A stretch of DNA of 64,000 bases from Podarcis erhardii (GCA_964252035.1 OZ176204.1), one strand, 5' to 3'; counted from the stretch's first letter, positions 47,919-62,341 are shown. The notes: a model not told the origin generated them from the letters alone. Translations and numbers: made by a program.

Positions 47919-49232
47919 GGCATAATTTTAGTTACACAGAAAGACAAGACACAAGTATCTTCTACTGATATGTGAAAGAAAGTAGCTTGGTAGATGCATC
48001 TTGTAATCAGGGATGTTGAAAGGACAGTCTGCTAAGATTTCCATCTTGTACTAACGGTACAAGAGCCTTGCCCTTCTTTGCGTCTAGCCACACAAGGAAA
48101 AATATATCCCGAGCCCTGTGAAAGATTTCAAGTAATTTTCATGGGACCGGGCACAAAAAAATTAGTAGAACGCAAACTCATAATGTGGGTTTTTAAAAAA
48201 TGGTAATTGATTACTACAGTTTAACTATAAACTATATGGAGAAGGAAAGGAACATTGGCCTCATTTACACATCATGGTAATCCCAAAAGTGGTTTACTGA
48301 AGCTGTGCAAACTGGTGCATTCTGGAGAGCAGCCTGTACCTGCTTTGCTCTGCCTTGGTCCTTTGAGCACAGTGCAGCAGCTAAATCAAGGTGTGGCTTA
48401 GCATGTCATCTGAACTGGAGATTGGGTTTAAAGTTTCTCTTCCTTAACCATGATAGGGGTTGGAGAGAAATTTGGTTCACTTTGTATTTCAATATGAACC
48501 TACCTAAATCGCATTCCTTAAAACAACATGCACACTGAAACAGCCTTCCTTCAAATTTCACACTTCTGGATTTTACAATGCATTTTTCCAACCAAATAAT
48601 GTGTACAAAAATGTTTATATTAGGAGAAAGCATGCCTAGTGAAAACAGCATACAAAAATGAATTATATAAAGAAAAACTACTTCTAAAAATGTATGTATA
48701 TCTATATAAAGGCCAATATTGCACCCAAAATGTGTATTATCAGGAGAAATGTGCATTACAGTTCTGATGAAAAGTTACTGAATAAATTTGCAAACTAGAG
48801 TGAAAATGTGGAGATGCAAACTTGAGGTAGGAAAAATGAGAAATTGAGAGACACAAAATCGATAGATTTATCCATCCTTAAGATTGGCTCTTAAGAGTGG
48901 ACAGGAAAACCTAACCTATACAAGGATGTTCTCCTCCACTGAGAAAAAGTCACTAAAGCCACTAATCTCCTACAATGCAGTTCTGTGCTTGCTTGACAAA
49001 GTTCCTGTAAAATATGCAGGCATCTGAAAATACAATGATCTAAACTGGGCATCTGAACTAGAGTATACACAATTCACCTTATAAATAAAACAAGCAATTA
49101 TTCTGGAAGAACTAAAGAGCTAACTACACACAGTCACTTTTGAAATACCGGTAACTACTGCACTTTAAGAAAATGCAATTTATGTTAAAAACTCAAACAA
49201 TACATTTACGGTACATATTTATGCTTTTATTA

Positions 49233-49409
<177 letters not shown>

Positions 49410-49651
49410 TTATTAAAAATAAATGTATAGACAGATATCTAAAACAGCATCCAACTAGACGCATACTTTAAAAAACCCTCTTTCTTAACTTGCACTGTAT
49501 AGGAATACAAGCCTTAAAGGCAAATCTATATGTTGTCTTTCTCCTGTAATCCTATGCATTCATTTCATATCTCAGGCATATCAGTTTTCCATACACTGCT
49601 CAAAATACATTAAGATCAGATCTAGTAACAATAAACACCTTGATCAACAGT

Positions 49652-49863
49652 CAGTGGCGTAGCGTGGGTTGTCAGCACCCGGGGCAAGGCAAGTAATTTG
49701 CGCCCCCTAACCCGTGGATTTGCGCCCCCTAACCCGTGGATTTGCGCCCCCTAACCTGTGGATTTGCGCCCCCTAACCCGTGGATTTGCGCCCCCAACCC
49801 TAACCCCCAGATGTTGCGCCCGGTGCGGCCGGCCCCCCCTGCACCCCCCACGCTACGCCACTG
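49652..49863. mobile_element. 212-bp hAT-type MITE with internal 22-bp tandem repeat
   Basis: Perfect 17-bp TIRs CAGTGGCGTAGCGTGGG / CCCACGCTACGCCACTG; 8-bp TSD TCAACAGT (49644-49651 and 49864-49871); about 4.5 copies of ATTTGCGCCCCCTAACCCGTGG. Confidence 0.93.
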
Positions 49864-50737
49864 TCAACAGTTAGGAGAGAATGGGATTTACCGTAAGTCT
49901 ATCCTAGCCATAATTATACTACTGTAAATAGTTAATATGAATTATTTATTGTTGTTGTTGTTGTTATTATTTCTTATACACTGACTTTCCTTTCTCAGGG
50001 TGGCTAACAATAAAAAACGAAACATTAAAATGAAGTTGAAACCATAAAACAATGGAGCCCCCACCCTGCCTCTGGCTTACATGAGCGACAAGGTGGGGGC
50101 TCCCTTACACGGAGGGGTGGGCAGCTGTATGCACCTCAGTGGAGAAGTTTAAAGGAGCCCCCACCTAGCCTCTGGCTTGCACAAGCTGGAGGTGGGGCGG
50201 GGGCTCCATTATACTTCTACATTAAGGCGCACACAGCTGCCTTCCTCTCAGTGGAGAAGTGCCAGGCAGTAGGAGCAAGCTGCCTCATCCCTGAGCCCAC
50301 AAAGCACTGGGGTGAAACCGCCTTAGCTCCAAGCTGAGGTGGTTTCACCCCTGCGCCTTGCAGGGCTGGGGATGAAGCAGCTCGCCCCTCCCTTCTGACA
50401 TCACAATGTAGCACCAGATCACGATCTTTGGCTGGTGATACATTGCAATGCTGAAAACCTAACACTGCACAGCTCTACAGGGTGCTTTTAAAGTCTTTTG
50501 ATTTTATTTTCTACATATCACTTAAACAGAGAGGAAGCATATACATGAATGTGGAAGGAGTATGGGCCCAGCCCTGGGCTACACGCAGGCCAGCAATTAA
50601 TTCAAAATTAATTAGAAATACTGTTATATCATTCAAGTATATTCAATTATATTGTTTTCATGCTGTTAAAGAAAACCCTGGTGTTCACTAAGAGCTGAAT
50701 GCTGAACTATACTTAGTATATTGTGTGAGATACTCAC

Positions 50738-50829
50738 ATTTACTCCAGATGGTATAGAAGAAAACGTAGAACCTGGCTGGACAAATGAAGGTGTAGAGTT
50801 GTATGATGTCCCCACGTTTAAAGTGTAAT
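50738..50829 (-). CDS. RBM20: RBM20 exon 5 (DYTLNVGTSYNSTPSFVQPGSTFSSIPSGVN)
   Basis: 92 nt, phase 1/0, tttgtttag acceptor and AAT|gtgagt donor; DY..N.GTSY similarity to mammalian exon 5. Confidence 0.9.
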
Positions 50830-51139
50830 CTAAACAAATGGAACGTATTCAGTGACAACCCAGAAATGTGTATGAGGTACAAAAAAATGAAGAAATGCTA
50901 CTTTCTTAAATAACTAGTATCTTTCTAACATTGGGAAAGCAAATCCTATCTGTCACAGTCTTCCAGGTTCATGGAGGTATAAGCCCATCCTACATAGCAG
51001 TCTTTCTCTAATGATAGGCTACCACTGCCCATGATTCTCTGGAGAAATTCTACAAATAGAGGGTGGGCTGGGGTGATTTCCTGAGCCCAGTGAAGCATCA
51101 AGTCAAAATGAACTATCCATCATGGTCCTGTTTCTGCTG

Positions 51140-51535
51140 GGCAAGATGAACATAAGGAGAACCCTGCTGGAACTGACCAAGCAACTATCTAGTCAAGAAT
51201 TCTGTTCTCACAATGGACAAAATGCCTATGGGAAGCCCACAAATATGAAATGAGCACAGCATTCTCTTGTTATTCAGAACTGGTATTTAGAAGGCATAGT
51301 ACTTCTAATCCAAGATATACTATGTAGCCATTATGACTAATGGCCCCTGATAGCCCCATCCTCTGTTATGAATTTTGTTTAAGCCTCTTTTAAAACCATC
51401 TAGCTTGGTTGCCATCACCAGAACATTTAGTATCAAATTCCATTGGCTAAGAATGTGTTTAGCGTGCTCCATAGTTTAACTATGCATTATGTGAATGAGG
51501 ATGTACGTACTTCCTTTGGTCTGTCCTGAATCTCC
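51140..51535 (-). mobile_element. Degraded CR1 3' fragment
   Basis: ACATAAGGAGAACCCTGCTGG...CCTCTTTTAAAACCATCTAGCTTGGTTGCCATCACCA...CCATAGTTTAACTATGC is the reverse orientation of a CR1 ORF2 end and 3'UTR. Confidence 0.6.
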
Positions 51536-52415
51536 CACCGTTCTGATTTATTCACTGTAGCACCATTGTCTGACCTTGAGATGTGCTCTTTGTTGTTTTT
51601 AGGATCTTTGTTGGAAAAGGCAAACAGCCAAGGGGGCATAGCGGTCTGATTCAGACTTTCCCCATGCCTGTCTTCAGATTTTTATTTATTTTTTAAACAA
51701 TTTTTCAACTTTAAAGTTTTTAGAGTGATGAACAAGTATTAAAAATAAATCTACATATAAGAAATCTAAATAAATTTAAATATATAAAAACTGAAGTAAT
51801 ATAAAATGGCAATAAAAAGCAGATAAATCAACTAATTCAATTGAAGTAAAGCAGTAAAGAATACAAAAATAAGCACATCATCAGCCAGCAGTCAGAGGAA
51901 TAAAACCAGACTTACTATTCATTATAAAGGCTTAGTTTCATTTAAAAGATTTATTAGAATATGGTAACAGTGACAGAGCTATGGGACATTCTCCTTTGGC
52001 TGTATGCATGATTTGGATGATAGGTGGCCGCCTGGACAGATGATCTAGTTCATTTGCTATCAAAAATGTCTGGATGGGCTCAATCAGAACAGTTATAAAT
52101 ATATCCAAATATACAGTATATTTGTTCTTTCTTTATATATTATTGCATAATGCTACATTATCGCATAAAGCTTTTTTTAAAAAAACTTGGAACAAATACA
52201 TTAACGTATAGCTAATATTATGTCATGTGCGAATAAACATACAATTAAACGTAACCCTGCTTGCTGCAACTGTATGCCAACTAAAAAAAGGCTAAGTATG
52301 CAATCCTATGCTCACTTACCAGGAGTAAGTCTTGTTCAACTCAAAAGGTCTTACTTCTGAGTAGACATATATAGGAGTGCACTGTTAATTATATATTTTT
52401 GATATTGTAATTTAC

Positions 52416-52507
52416 CTTCGGAACCAGAAAGATTAAATGCAGATGTGTTATTTGGAGAAGAGTGCAGCATTCCTTCTGCTGAACTTAGCACACACCGTAT
52501 GTTGGAA
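52416..52507 (-). CDS. RBM20: RBM20 exon 4 (SNIRCVLSSAEGMLHSSPNNTSAFNLSGSE)
   Basis: 92 nt, tttctttttag acceptor and GAAG|gtaaat donor. Confidence 0.93.
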
Positions 52508-53183
52508 CTAAAAAGAAACAAAGGTTGACATTCAGCAACACAGTAGGAAAACTGGAAAAGATCTTGGCCTAAATACTCAGAGTTATCACAGAAACTCCCC
52601 TGCTCACTACCAGAAATTATTCTGTTATTCCAGGGACATTACATCACTGACGTATTAGGACTGCTTTGTAGGGTATTTGCACTATTGGTTTCGCTGCAGC
52701 CTCCTCAAGAATGTCAACCCATAAGGATCAAGCATGCAAATGAAGTGGGAGTGGCAAAATAATGGTTAGGATTGTCAAAAATAGCATATGCCAGTGTGAA
52801 GCTATGGGTTTCAGATGGAAATTGTATCTGGAGATAGCATGCATTCCTTCTGCTTCCAGTAAGAACAGCAGTGTGTGTGCGAATACATCTGTCTTGCAAT
52901 ATAGTTGTTTTGCAAGACAAATAATTGGACATCGGTACTCTAGTCTACATCTTGATGTCATTTGTCATGCATGCATTGTCTGTAGAAGATTCAAAACACA
53001 TACATTCATTTGCAAAAGGTTCCTGTGTTCATTACTAGAATTTACATCCACACAGTATTTATGGTTAACATGTTTTATGATTAGATCACAACTTTAATTC
53101 AAGAAGCTTGTACAAGAAACTAAATAAAACAGTAATATAAGTCACAAAGCAGGCACAAAATTGTTTCTTTACTTAACACTCAC

Positions 53184-53245
53184 TTCTCTGAGAAAGCAAT
53201 GCATTTTTGAATGTGAAGATTTCCTTTAATATGCTGATCCCAGTC
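53184..53245 (-). CDS. RBM20: RBM20 exon 3 (DWDQHIKGNLHIQKCIAFSE; second half of first zinc finger)
   Basis: 62 nt, tttttacgtag acceptor and GAA|gtgagt donor. Confidence 0.96.
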
Positions 53246-55541
53246 CTACGTAAAAATAGTGAGAAAATATAATAAAATTGTGGGAAAATAGAAGAAAACA
53301 CGTGCAGCAGCATTTGTTATAATAGGCCATATGAATGGCTGTATTAGAAGTTTCCGGGGATTTTTGTTTTTGTAGAAAATTCCATACTATTCCAAAATTT
53401 GACATGAAATTACTCCAGATGAAACAAATCTGACCCACTTAAACTCTGCAAACATGCACTATGCAAGTATCCAGGCCCATAAATTCCTAGCCATAGCTGG
53501 AGTCCACAAACTGCCAAGCCCTACTGCTGTGCTCCTTCCAGTGACTCTACTGTGGCTGAATTAAGCTGCTCCAACAGCTGCTGGAATTGCTCATCCCATT
53601 TACAGCAGTATCACTGGAGGAGCACTGAAACAGGACTGGACGTTTTCTGAACCCCTACTGCGGAAGGGGGTTTTGTATGTGAAGGAGCCATATCTGCACA
53701 AAGGGACTGACTGATCCACCTAAATCCATCCCACTTCAGTCTTGCTGGTGCTCAGTTGTAGGTTCATTCTGTCCCATTTTCTTATTTATTTATTTCATTT
53801 GAAATCACAAGGTGGTGGACAATAAAGAATACATTAAAATTACAGTATGAATTAAAATAGCAGTTAATACCTCAGGGTAGACATACAATTAACAAATACA
53901 GCAACTAATGGACAGCAAGGTGCAAACATCATTCACTCATTAATTCATTTTATGCTTATTTTTTGAAAGAATACACAAGAAGTCTACATTTAAATGGAGT
54001 GTATTTTGTACACGCTTTTAACATACACTGCACAATTTTCAATGTATTCATTTGTAAAATAAACATTTTGTGTCACATAATATATTGCTTTCATGCATAT
54101 TTCTGTGCAGTGAAACTGCATCTCAACTGCATCTGAAGAAGTGTATAGTCAGACTGGGAGTTACATTCTTATCCACAAGCAAATTAGGAGCACTAGATCA
54201 GGTTGAGCAACTGTAAAAGAGCAAACCAGACAAATTCCTCCTCCATGCCTATCTGCACAGTGCCCCACAGTGCAGCAGAACTGGTATTCAGGCTTCTTGT
54301 TTTTAATTGCAAAATACAAGAACCAAAAAAGCCGGGTGACAAGAAATCTCCTGACTGCAATATTTCTGTTTTTTAAAAGGACATATAAGGGAGGTTGAGT
54401 AAAAGTAATGTAGCAAAAATTTCTGAAGTGCTGAATATACTTTGAGTGCCCACAAATGTTTTAAATATATATTTATTTCAATGTATGTGACATTTAAAAA
54501 CAAAGCAAAAAATTCTTTGTTCATTTATCAAAATTTCCAATAAGGGGAGTTATTGACAACAAAGATGAAAAATATATCAACCCTGAGATATTATTCTTTT
54601 CTTAACATGTCAAATTATGTATTTATTGATGGTAATAATATTAATTTCTTACCTATCCATCACCTTAAGGTATCACGGAAGGTTACAACATTAAAAACAG
54701 TTTATTTCTCACCATACTGGGGAACAATCTGATATAAATCACTTACAAATATGAATGAGGCTCGAAATACATATCACCTGAGGATATGGAACTGGTACCA
54801 GAAGCTGGTAGATTACTACAGTACCATGGCAAGATAAGAAGCTAAGTTAGGACAGACATTTCTCTTACCAAGTTTTATTCTAAAGGATACACTTTTCCCA
54901 GCACCAGAAATGTAACTCCATTAGTATTAATATTTTCTTATGGAGGAAGTTCATCATTTCACAAAAACAGCCATCTTGTAAAATAAAATAACATGGCCTT
55001 CCTTGTGACAACTGGATGAGAGCAGAACCTAGCTATTGCAGAATCGTGATTAATTTATCTACTATTTTAATACCTGCTCTTCGTGAAGCAGTCTGACAAA
55101 TCATTGAAATACTAGAGCTCTTCTCCCCAAAGTGCTTCAGATATAAGGAAAGTTCTACATTTATAATCCATCTGTGTGTATAATAAATTTCCTCAGTGTA
55201 CAACTAACAGAATGTTTTAAAGCATATTTAGCTTGAAGCAAGCCCCGCTAATTTTAATGGCTAAATCTTCTTAGGACTGTAGCCTTTGGGTGATATTAAA
55301 CGAAGTTTTACTCAGAGAAACCTACTGAAATGAATGGACGCAACATAGTAGTGGTCATTCATTTCAGTGGGTCTGCTCTTGAGTAAACTTGTAAGACCCA
55401 TGTAACAACCCACAAATACACAGACTAAAAAAACTAATAAACTCAATAGTTACACAACTTATATCAGGAATGCCTTGGAGTTAATTTAATGAAACACACT
55501 TCCAAGTACTAGAAAGATGTCCAGTTCTCCCCAAGACGTAC

Positions 55542-56679
55542 CTTTAGATCAAAGACCTTCTTATCGCATAAGGTGCAGATGTGAGGGAAGCAAACAGGTG
55601 CTATACTATGAAAGTCATTTAGCTCATGAGACTGAAGAGGTCTCACTGACAAATCTGCTTCCTGCTTCTGTCTCATTCGTGAGTTGCTGAAATTCTGCTT
55701 ACTGCTTTTGGTTCTGCTGAAAGGAAGTGGAGCGCCAGCACTGAACTTTGTGTCAGGCGTTGGTTCTTCAGGGTTGTAGAGATCGTTTCTTATTTCATAT
55801 GGGGCACTTGTTGATGGCCACATGCTGGCATTGGGCATGGTGTCAGGCTTATTTTGGCTAGGAAAAGTAGAAGGATTTTCCCACTGCTTTGTTTCTGTTT
55901 CATGTATTATAGAACCCGCCTCGCCTTTTTGATTTATAATCTGATGAGAATTATGTGGATCAGCAGCAAAAGTCAAAGTCTGTACACCAGCTGTATGCTG
56001 GCCTTTAGAACTCACTCCATAAAAGTCTTTCTGAAATCCTGGATGGTTGTCATGCTTACCAAAATGACCATCATAGGTTCCAACTCCAGAAGAAGTTGGG
56101 ACTGAATGAGACGCAGTAGTCACAAAGCCATGCTGGCTGCACTGTTCTGCATCAGAGGGAAATACTTGTTTACCATAGTCATAAAATCCACCTGTAGCAG
56201 AGGAGATGCCAGACTTATTTAGTCCCATAACTACAGCCTGTTGTCCAGCTGTCTGAGATATTACACCTCCAAAAGGATTTATGACAACAGCATTTGGGTT
56301 TTGATTTTGAAGGTTATTTACAGGCCCCAGAGTTCCACTCGGTACTGCCAAAGCGGGGTTTTGTGCTGGAAAATGTATTCCACCAGGTGGGAATCTAGAG
56401 TTGGTAACTCCAGGCCCTCCAACATGTCCCTGAGGAGCGTTAAACATGGATGGATGTCTTAATTGGTTGAACAGAGGCTGAGACATGGCCACTTTGGAGA
56501 GAACTTGATTCAGGACAGTTGCAGCTGCTGTGTTGTTGGTGACTGCTGTCTGAGCCAATTTTAGCCTGTGCAGGGTAAGCTGGGCTTGCAGCTGAGCAAG
56601 CTGAAGACCTGCAGGAGAAGGAAGCAGAGGATTCGGGGTGCTGACAGAGAACAGATTCTTGTCCAGAAGCTTGGCAGCA
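55542..56679 (-). CDS. RBM20: RBM20 exon 2 (AAKLLDKN...LQLAQLQAQLTLHRLKLAQ...HICTLCDKKVFDLK)
   Basis: 1138 nt open frame; ttgttttgcag acceptor and AAG|gtacgt donor; leucine-rich region and first half of zinc finger 1. Exon 1 lies outside the window. Confidence 0.98.
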
Positions 56680-59563
56680 CTGCAAAACAACAGGCAATAG
56701 TTTTAGTTTAAATTAGTAATTTAACAGTAGACCCTTGTCACCATGACTAAGTGGTAAGATGCTACCCATGATATCTATCCTTGCTAAACCCCTGGAAGGA
56801 AGGAAATTGATTTATGACATACTATTAACCCAGCCCGTCCCCTAATGTGTCTGGAACTGTATTCATTTCAGTTATGATGCTAAAGGCAGATCAGTGTTTC
56901 AAAGATTTAAAAAGAGGCTTATGTTCATTTGGGACCCAAGCCAAAAAACTATGCGAAGGTCAATGGAAGGACTTCATTGAATCCAGTGGGTTTTCTTATA
57001 AGCCCATTACTGAGCAGTTAATAGAAGGGCACTTTCCTTGTAACAAATAAGACAGTGAAATTTAAATTTGCCCAGAATAAGAAGCCGGTCAGTGCAGGTC
57101 AGCTTTCACCAACCTGGTGTCCTCCAGATGTTGTTGGACTACAAGCATAGCTGTCAACTTTTCCCTTTTTTAAAGGGAAATTCCCTTATTCTGAATAGGA
57201 TTCCTCGCAAGAAAAGGGAAAAGTTGACAGCTATGACTACAAGTCCCATCAGTCCCAGCAATATTAAGCTAAATGGGTCAATGGTATGACTCAGAAGAAG
57301 GCAGCTTCCTAGTTTCTTAAGGTACCAGATATTCATTGCTACTGCACAAGCAGAATTGTCACTGTTTCCAATGTATGCTCAGGCAGGAAGGGGAAATACA
57401 CATGACAAAAATTACAAAAACGCTGTTAAAACGACAGACAGCAAATATAGAGCTTTAGTTTTAGCACTGCTGGGTGTTGGACTAGATGATGTTCGGGGTT
57501 CCTCCCAACTCTACAATTCTATTACTGTATTCTCTAATCCAGGGCTAGTGTAAAGTGCCATTGATTAAGGCATGGCTGTGGATTGAAGGGGCAAGCGTCC
57601 TTCCCTGTGCCAACCATGTGCAACTCACATGACTGTTTCCCTGTTTCAGGCAACCTGCCCAACAGCATGTTCCAGTGGTGTATCTGAGATGTTCTGCCAG
57701 TATTATCTGCAATGGCAGTGATGTATCAGGTGTTCTGCCAGTCCAGTGAGGCTTCTGCCAAGTCCTTTAGCCCTTCAACTATAGGCAATTGTGTTTAGGA
57801 TTATGCCTTAAGGCTTTGAAGGATCAGCATTTGCTTATTAGACTAATTCACACACCACTCTTACTTTTAAAAATCCCAGAGCAGTTTACAAATCACACCC
57901 AAATATACAATAGAGTAAATTAAAACCATAAAATCATATTCATCCTTAAAACAGCTAGTAAACACGTCCATTGACTACTAGATTAGAAACACGATAATGT
58001 TTTTTTTCCAAGAATGTAACTACTGACCACTCTTCACTAACCCTCCCCACCCAAGGGCATTTTGGAGATGGGCTTCTGGTTTAGGATTATTGGTCAACTG
58101 GGGTTCAAGGGACTGAGAATGCGTCCCTTGAAAATATAGGCACGGCAAATTGTTTCATTGTTTGCTATTACTGTAATTACTATAAGCATATAGAATAGGA
58201 ATGGCTTTCTGGCAAAAGTTATTTACAAACAGATGTTTATTTTAACCAACTTTATTAGTTTAATTATTGTTCTCATGAAATGCATATTTGTAGGGAAAAT
58301 TTACTCAAAGTATACAAAGAATTCACAATATAACATTTATGTGTGTGTTTCATTTAAAATAGGAAGCTGATCTGACATATTTTGGAGGGGAATTTGATAG
58401 CAGTTGAGTGCCAAGTGAGGAACTGATGGAACACAAATGACTATCCTTTGTTATTCCAACCAAGCTACATATCTCCAAATCCAAGATATCTAGCTTATAC
58501 TATTATTGTAAGTTACACTCTGTGAGCAATACATTCTATTGTTCAAACGACGGCAGTTAGATGCAGAGGAATGAGTAGAGCTGCTTTTCATATCTGCAAC
58601 ATTGTTTGTTGGATTTTACACTGTTAACTGCCTCATTGACTTGTGCCATAAATAATCAGCATGCTTCAAATGGTTGTTCTCCGTTTTCACAATTAGTTAC
58701 ACTACTTATAATGCTGAAATGAACAAGAATGATGAGCCAAACAACCAAACGTGGATTTCAAAAGCAATTTTGATTGTAACTTTCCTGTCTTTCTTCATCT
58801 GCACTTCTTCTGCTATCATTAATACTGGCAGATGAAAATTTAAACCATTTACTAAACAGGATTGCCAGATCTTCACTCAGATATGGCACTTATCTCTTTC
58901 AGAATTCTATAGTGAAGAGAGGACGTAGCCATTGGGCCTTCATCCTTGCTATCCCACTGTCCCCTTTACCCCTTCACAGATGATGAAAAGCTTGAAATCT
59001 GTTTCTAGGGAAATAATTAAAAGGTCAACTTCAGACATGGTAAGGAACCAGTTAAGAAATCAGCTAATTGAAACAACAAATTTCAATAATGGCAGTGCCT
59101 GGAAAAAGAAAGCAACTGCTTAAAAAAGTATTGAACTATTGATGATTGAAAGTTGAACTCCTAAACACAATTTGTACTGAATGGGACTTACTTCTGAGAA
59201 AATATGAGCTGTTCTATGGGTAATACAGTGCAATGTCTCATATGGAACTGTAATTTCAATTTTGCTTTCAACTGATTGCAGAATACCAACTGGAAGAATA
59301 ATGGCTTAACAGTGGTTAAGCTCCTGGTGTAGTAAGGAGCTTCACTGATGAGCAATGAACCAATTAAATAGCACCACACTGGAAAAGGACATGATTATGA
59401 GGAAAGGAATATTTCACACCCAACATACAAAATCTGGACTAGAAAGAGGGCATATTTATTGCCAGAAAAATAAAAAAATAAAAACTCAAGTTGGTACAAA
59501 TGATTTGTAATGCAGTTATGCAACTTTGTATCAGTTGAACATGCTCTAAATAACTGGCTTCAC

Positions 59564-59606
59564 TTTGTTTGTTTGTTTGTTTGTTTGTTTGTTTGTTTGT
59601 TTGTTT
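59564..59606. repeat. (GTTT)n microsatellite
   Basis: Directly visible. Confidence 0.95.
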
Positions 59607-61254
59607 AAAAAATAATATTTTCCTTTCACAGACACCCCACCGCTTAGCATTTCAACTGATTTCATGAGACTTGCTTATGAATGGTAGATACAAATAAGAT
59701 ACTTCACATTCATAAATACCAACTTGTTTCTGCTTGGGCCAAGGCTTTCTCCCATCAACCCACCCAACCTATAAAAACTAATGTCAAGATTTGAGACTGC
59801 TCAGCTTTACAAGATTCAAGCCATTATGTACCAAACCTTAGCATCCCAACATATGTGATATGATCGGAAACTCCCATGCATGTCATTACTCCTACTAGAG
59901 AATTAGGCACACTCATGCCGAATTATATGCTATGAAAGATAGACTGTGTAGCTGGCATCTGGAATGCTACATTTTATACTTTGCTATGTGGGTATCACAA
60001 CAATTACAACTATTGTTTTATTCCTTATTCATATTCTGCTAATCATACCAAATGTTTTTTAGGCAACTTGACTCAAATGTGTGTTAATGAACATGAAATA
60101 GTAATTTCAATTTTAAAAGCGAGTTTGAATTACCTTTTAATTCTTTACTATTTTAGAAGAGCAAATAATGTTTCTTTAATTTGACCAAACGAAAGTGCAT
60201 GCATTAGCAGGCACAACTCAGACTAGTTCAACAGCTGCAGTGGCAGTCTAAAACTTTCTACTATCTGTGAGATTCATGGAATGGGCACCTGAGAGATACA
60301 GTAAAATCATTCATCTCTTCCGCATGCTGTCATAGTAAGTCTTGAATGCACCAGGGGCTTTCCACACCATAAATAAATAAACCAGTTAATCTGAGAGGGC
60401 TGATCCATCCCTAAGGACATTGTTTTAGAATACCAAAATTTCATTACAGGAGCAAAATGAACAACTCAGCGGGTAAGGATAGTGTGAAGATCAGCTTCAG
60501 TTGCTAAAGCAAATACGAGTCTGCTTAGTAGCAGAACAGAAGGTGAGGTTGTGTCCCTGTGGCAAAATGTTTGGGTTGTTTTGTGCAGCTGTTTTAGAGT
60601 ACAAGTGACCTTTGCAGCACCCAGTCTTTGGAATTCCCTAACTAGGAAGGGTTTGTTTTTGCTTGTTTCCTATGTAATGGCCTTGTGCCACAGCCTTGAG
60701 AGGCTGAATTTTATTTTATTTTGCTTTTTTGCTGTCCCTCCAAGTGTGGAAGCTATTTTATGGGACTAGTCTTTGTTCGATATATAAAAGAACTCCCCAG
60801 CACAGACAACACAGATTCTTTTTTTTAAAAAAATGCATGAGGTGGGGAAATACATTTTAGTCTGTAACAGGTACAAAGTTTAAGGTTAGACTTAGACTAC
60901 TTAGCAAAAGGCCTAGATCAGACTATTGAGAGATGGGTAGCAGCAGGACAGGAAGGGGATTTCCGTGGGGTGTTTGTTTCATCTCCTTGTAGCTCACATT
61001 AGTTGTGGAAAAACTGAACAATATGTCATGCAGAAAACTGCAAGAGGGAAGTATATAGGAATCTGGAGAGATGAGAAAGGCTGGATTTAAAGTAAGCCTT
61101 TGTGATTATTATTATATTTCAGGCTTATATTTGTCTATTGCCATTTTCATTCTGTCATCATCATGATTAATATTGATGCAACCATTTTTCAAAATACTAA
61201 AAATATGAAAAATCAATATGGCTTGGGCCCAAACTACCTGAAAGATTATATTTC

Positions 61255-61400
61255 CCTATACAAACCTGCTTAAGATCCTTGGGTGAGGAACTTCTCTTGG
61301 ATGCATCAATCATAGAAGCACAGAGTGACAAAAGAGACAGCCTTTTCTGTGGCTGCTCCCATATTGTGGCATTTCCTCCCAGGAGGTTAGACTAGCTCCC
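61255..61400 (+). mobile_element. Old L2 3' fragment
   Basis: CAGCCTTTTCTGTGGCTGCTCCCATATTGTGG (AFSVAAPILW) motif shared with the other L2 copies. Confidence 0.6.
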
Positions 61401-62341
61401 TCTTTCCACTGCAGACGTCTGATCTCCCTGGAGACCAAGAGATGTGACGACAGACTGCTCTGCCTCCTTTCTTTTAGCAAATGTTTTGTGCCACTGGAGA
61501 AGTGGTAATTCTGTATTGATTTGTTTTGTTTTGGATGTTGTATGTAATGCCAATAAAAGGTTTTACGAATATGGAATAAGAATATGGAGCTCCCTCTTTG
61601 TTATCCATCTGCTGGCAGCTTAAGACCTTTTAATTCAGACAAACCTTTGAAAATTAAGGTGCAGATGATGCTGATCACTAGGCTGCTGTTAGGGGAAACT
61701 GTTTTTAATTGCTCATTCTAAATGTGTTTGGATATGTTTTAATTATTGCTTTTAGCTAGTTTTTATTATTTTGTATTTTATAATGTTGTTTTATTATTTT
61801 ATATTTTAAAATGTTGTAAGCCACTTTGAATCCCAATTTAAGAGAAAGGTGGGATATAAATTTATTAAATAAACAACTAATTGCAATTTGGAAAATTGTG
61901 GATGTATTTCTTTTGATACATAACACACAACCAGTGCAGCTGAGTCACTCCACCACTTCTGTCGCCATTAAAATTCAAGAACCTATAGTTGTTTATGGTA
62001 AGTTATCTAGATCTCTGGATTAGTAAAGTAATCCCTTCTGTGAAAGTGATGAAAAGCTAAGCAGAAAATATGCCCCTTCAAATATTCAAATAATCTGATG
62101 ATTGCTTATTCAAAGCCAAAATAAATAGCAAATTAAGTAGTTGTGCATGTGCTTTAAAAAACTATATTTCTATTTTTAGAAACAAAACATCTTTGAATAA
62201 CATTTGTAGAATGATTGACTTCAACTGGTGGGCTGACCATTAGGTAACATAATATTAAATTAGTCTGCAACCTAGTTGTCTTGCAAACCACACTGTAACT
62301 AAGATAGTAGACATTGCATTTAATTATTTATCCCTTTAAAC

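Noticed and set aside
49696-49800. CRISPR-like direct repeats (22-mer)
   Set aside because: Units are directly abutting with no unique spacers, lie inside a TIR/TSD-bounded MITE, and the DNA is vertebrate with no cas genes.
53529-53626. Pre-miRNA-like hairpin (GTGCTCCTTCCAGTGA / TCACTGGAGGAGCAC)
   Set aside because: Stem about 20 bp with a bulge and a loop of about 55 nt; geometry fits a decayed MITE better than a Drosha substrate.
62170-62179. Perfect MEF2 site CTATTTTTAG in RBM20 intron 1
   Set aside because: Biologically attractive, but my rough estimate is about 3 such 10-mers by chance in 64 kb of AT-rich DNA; unsupported without conservation data.
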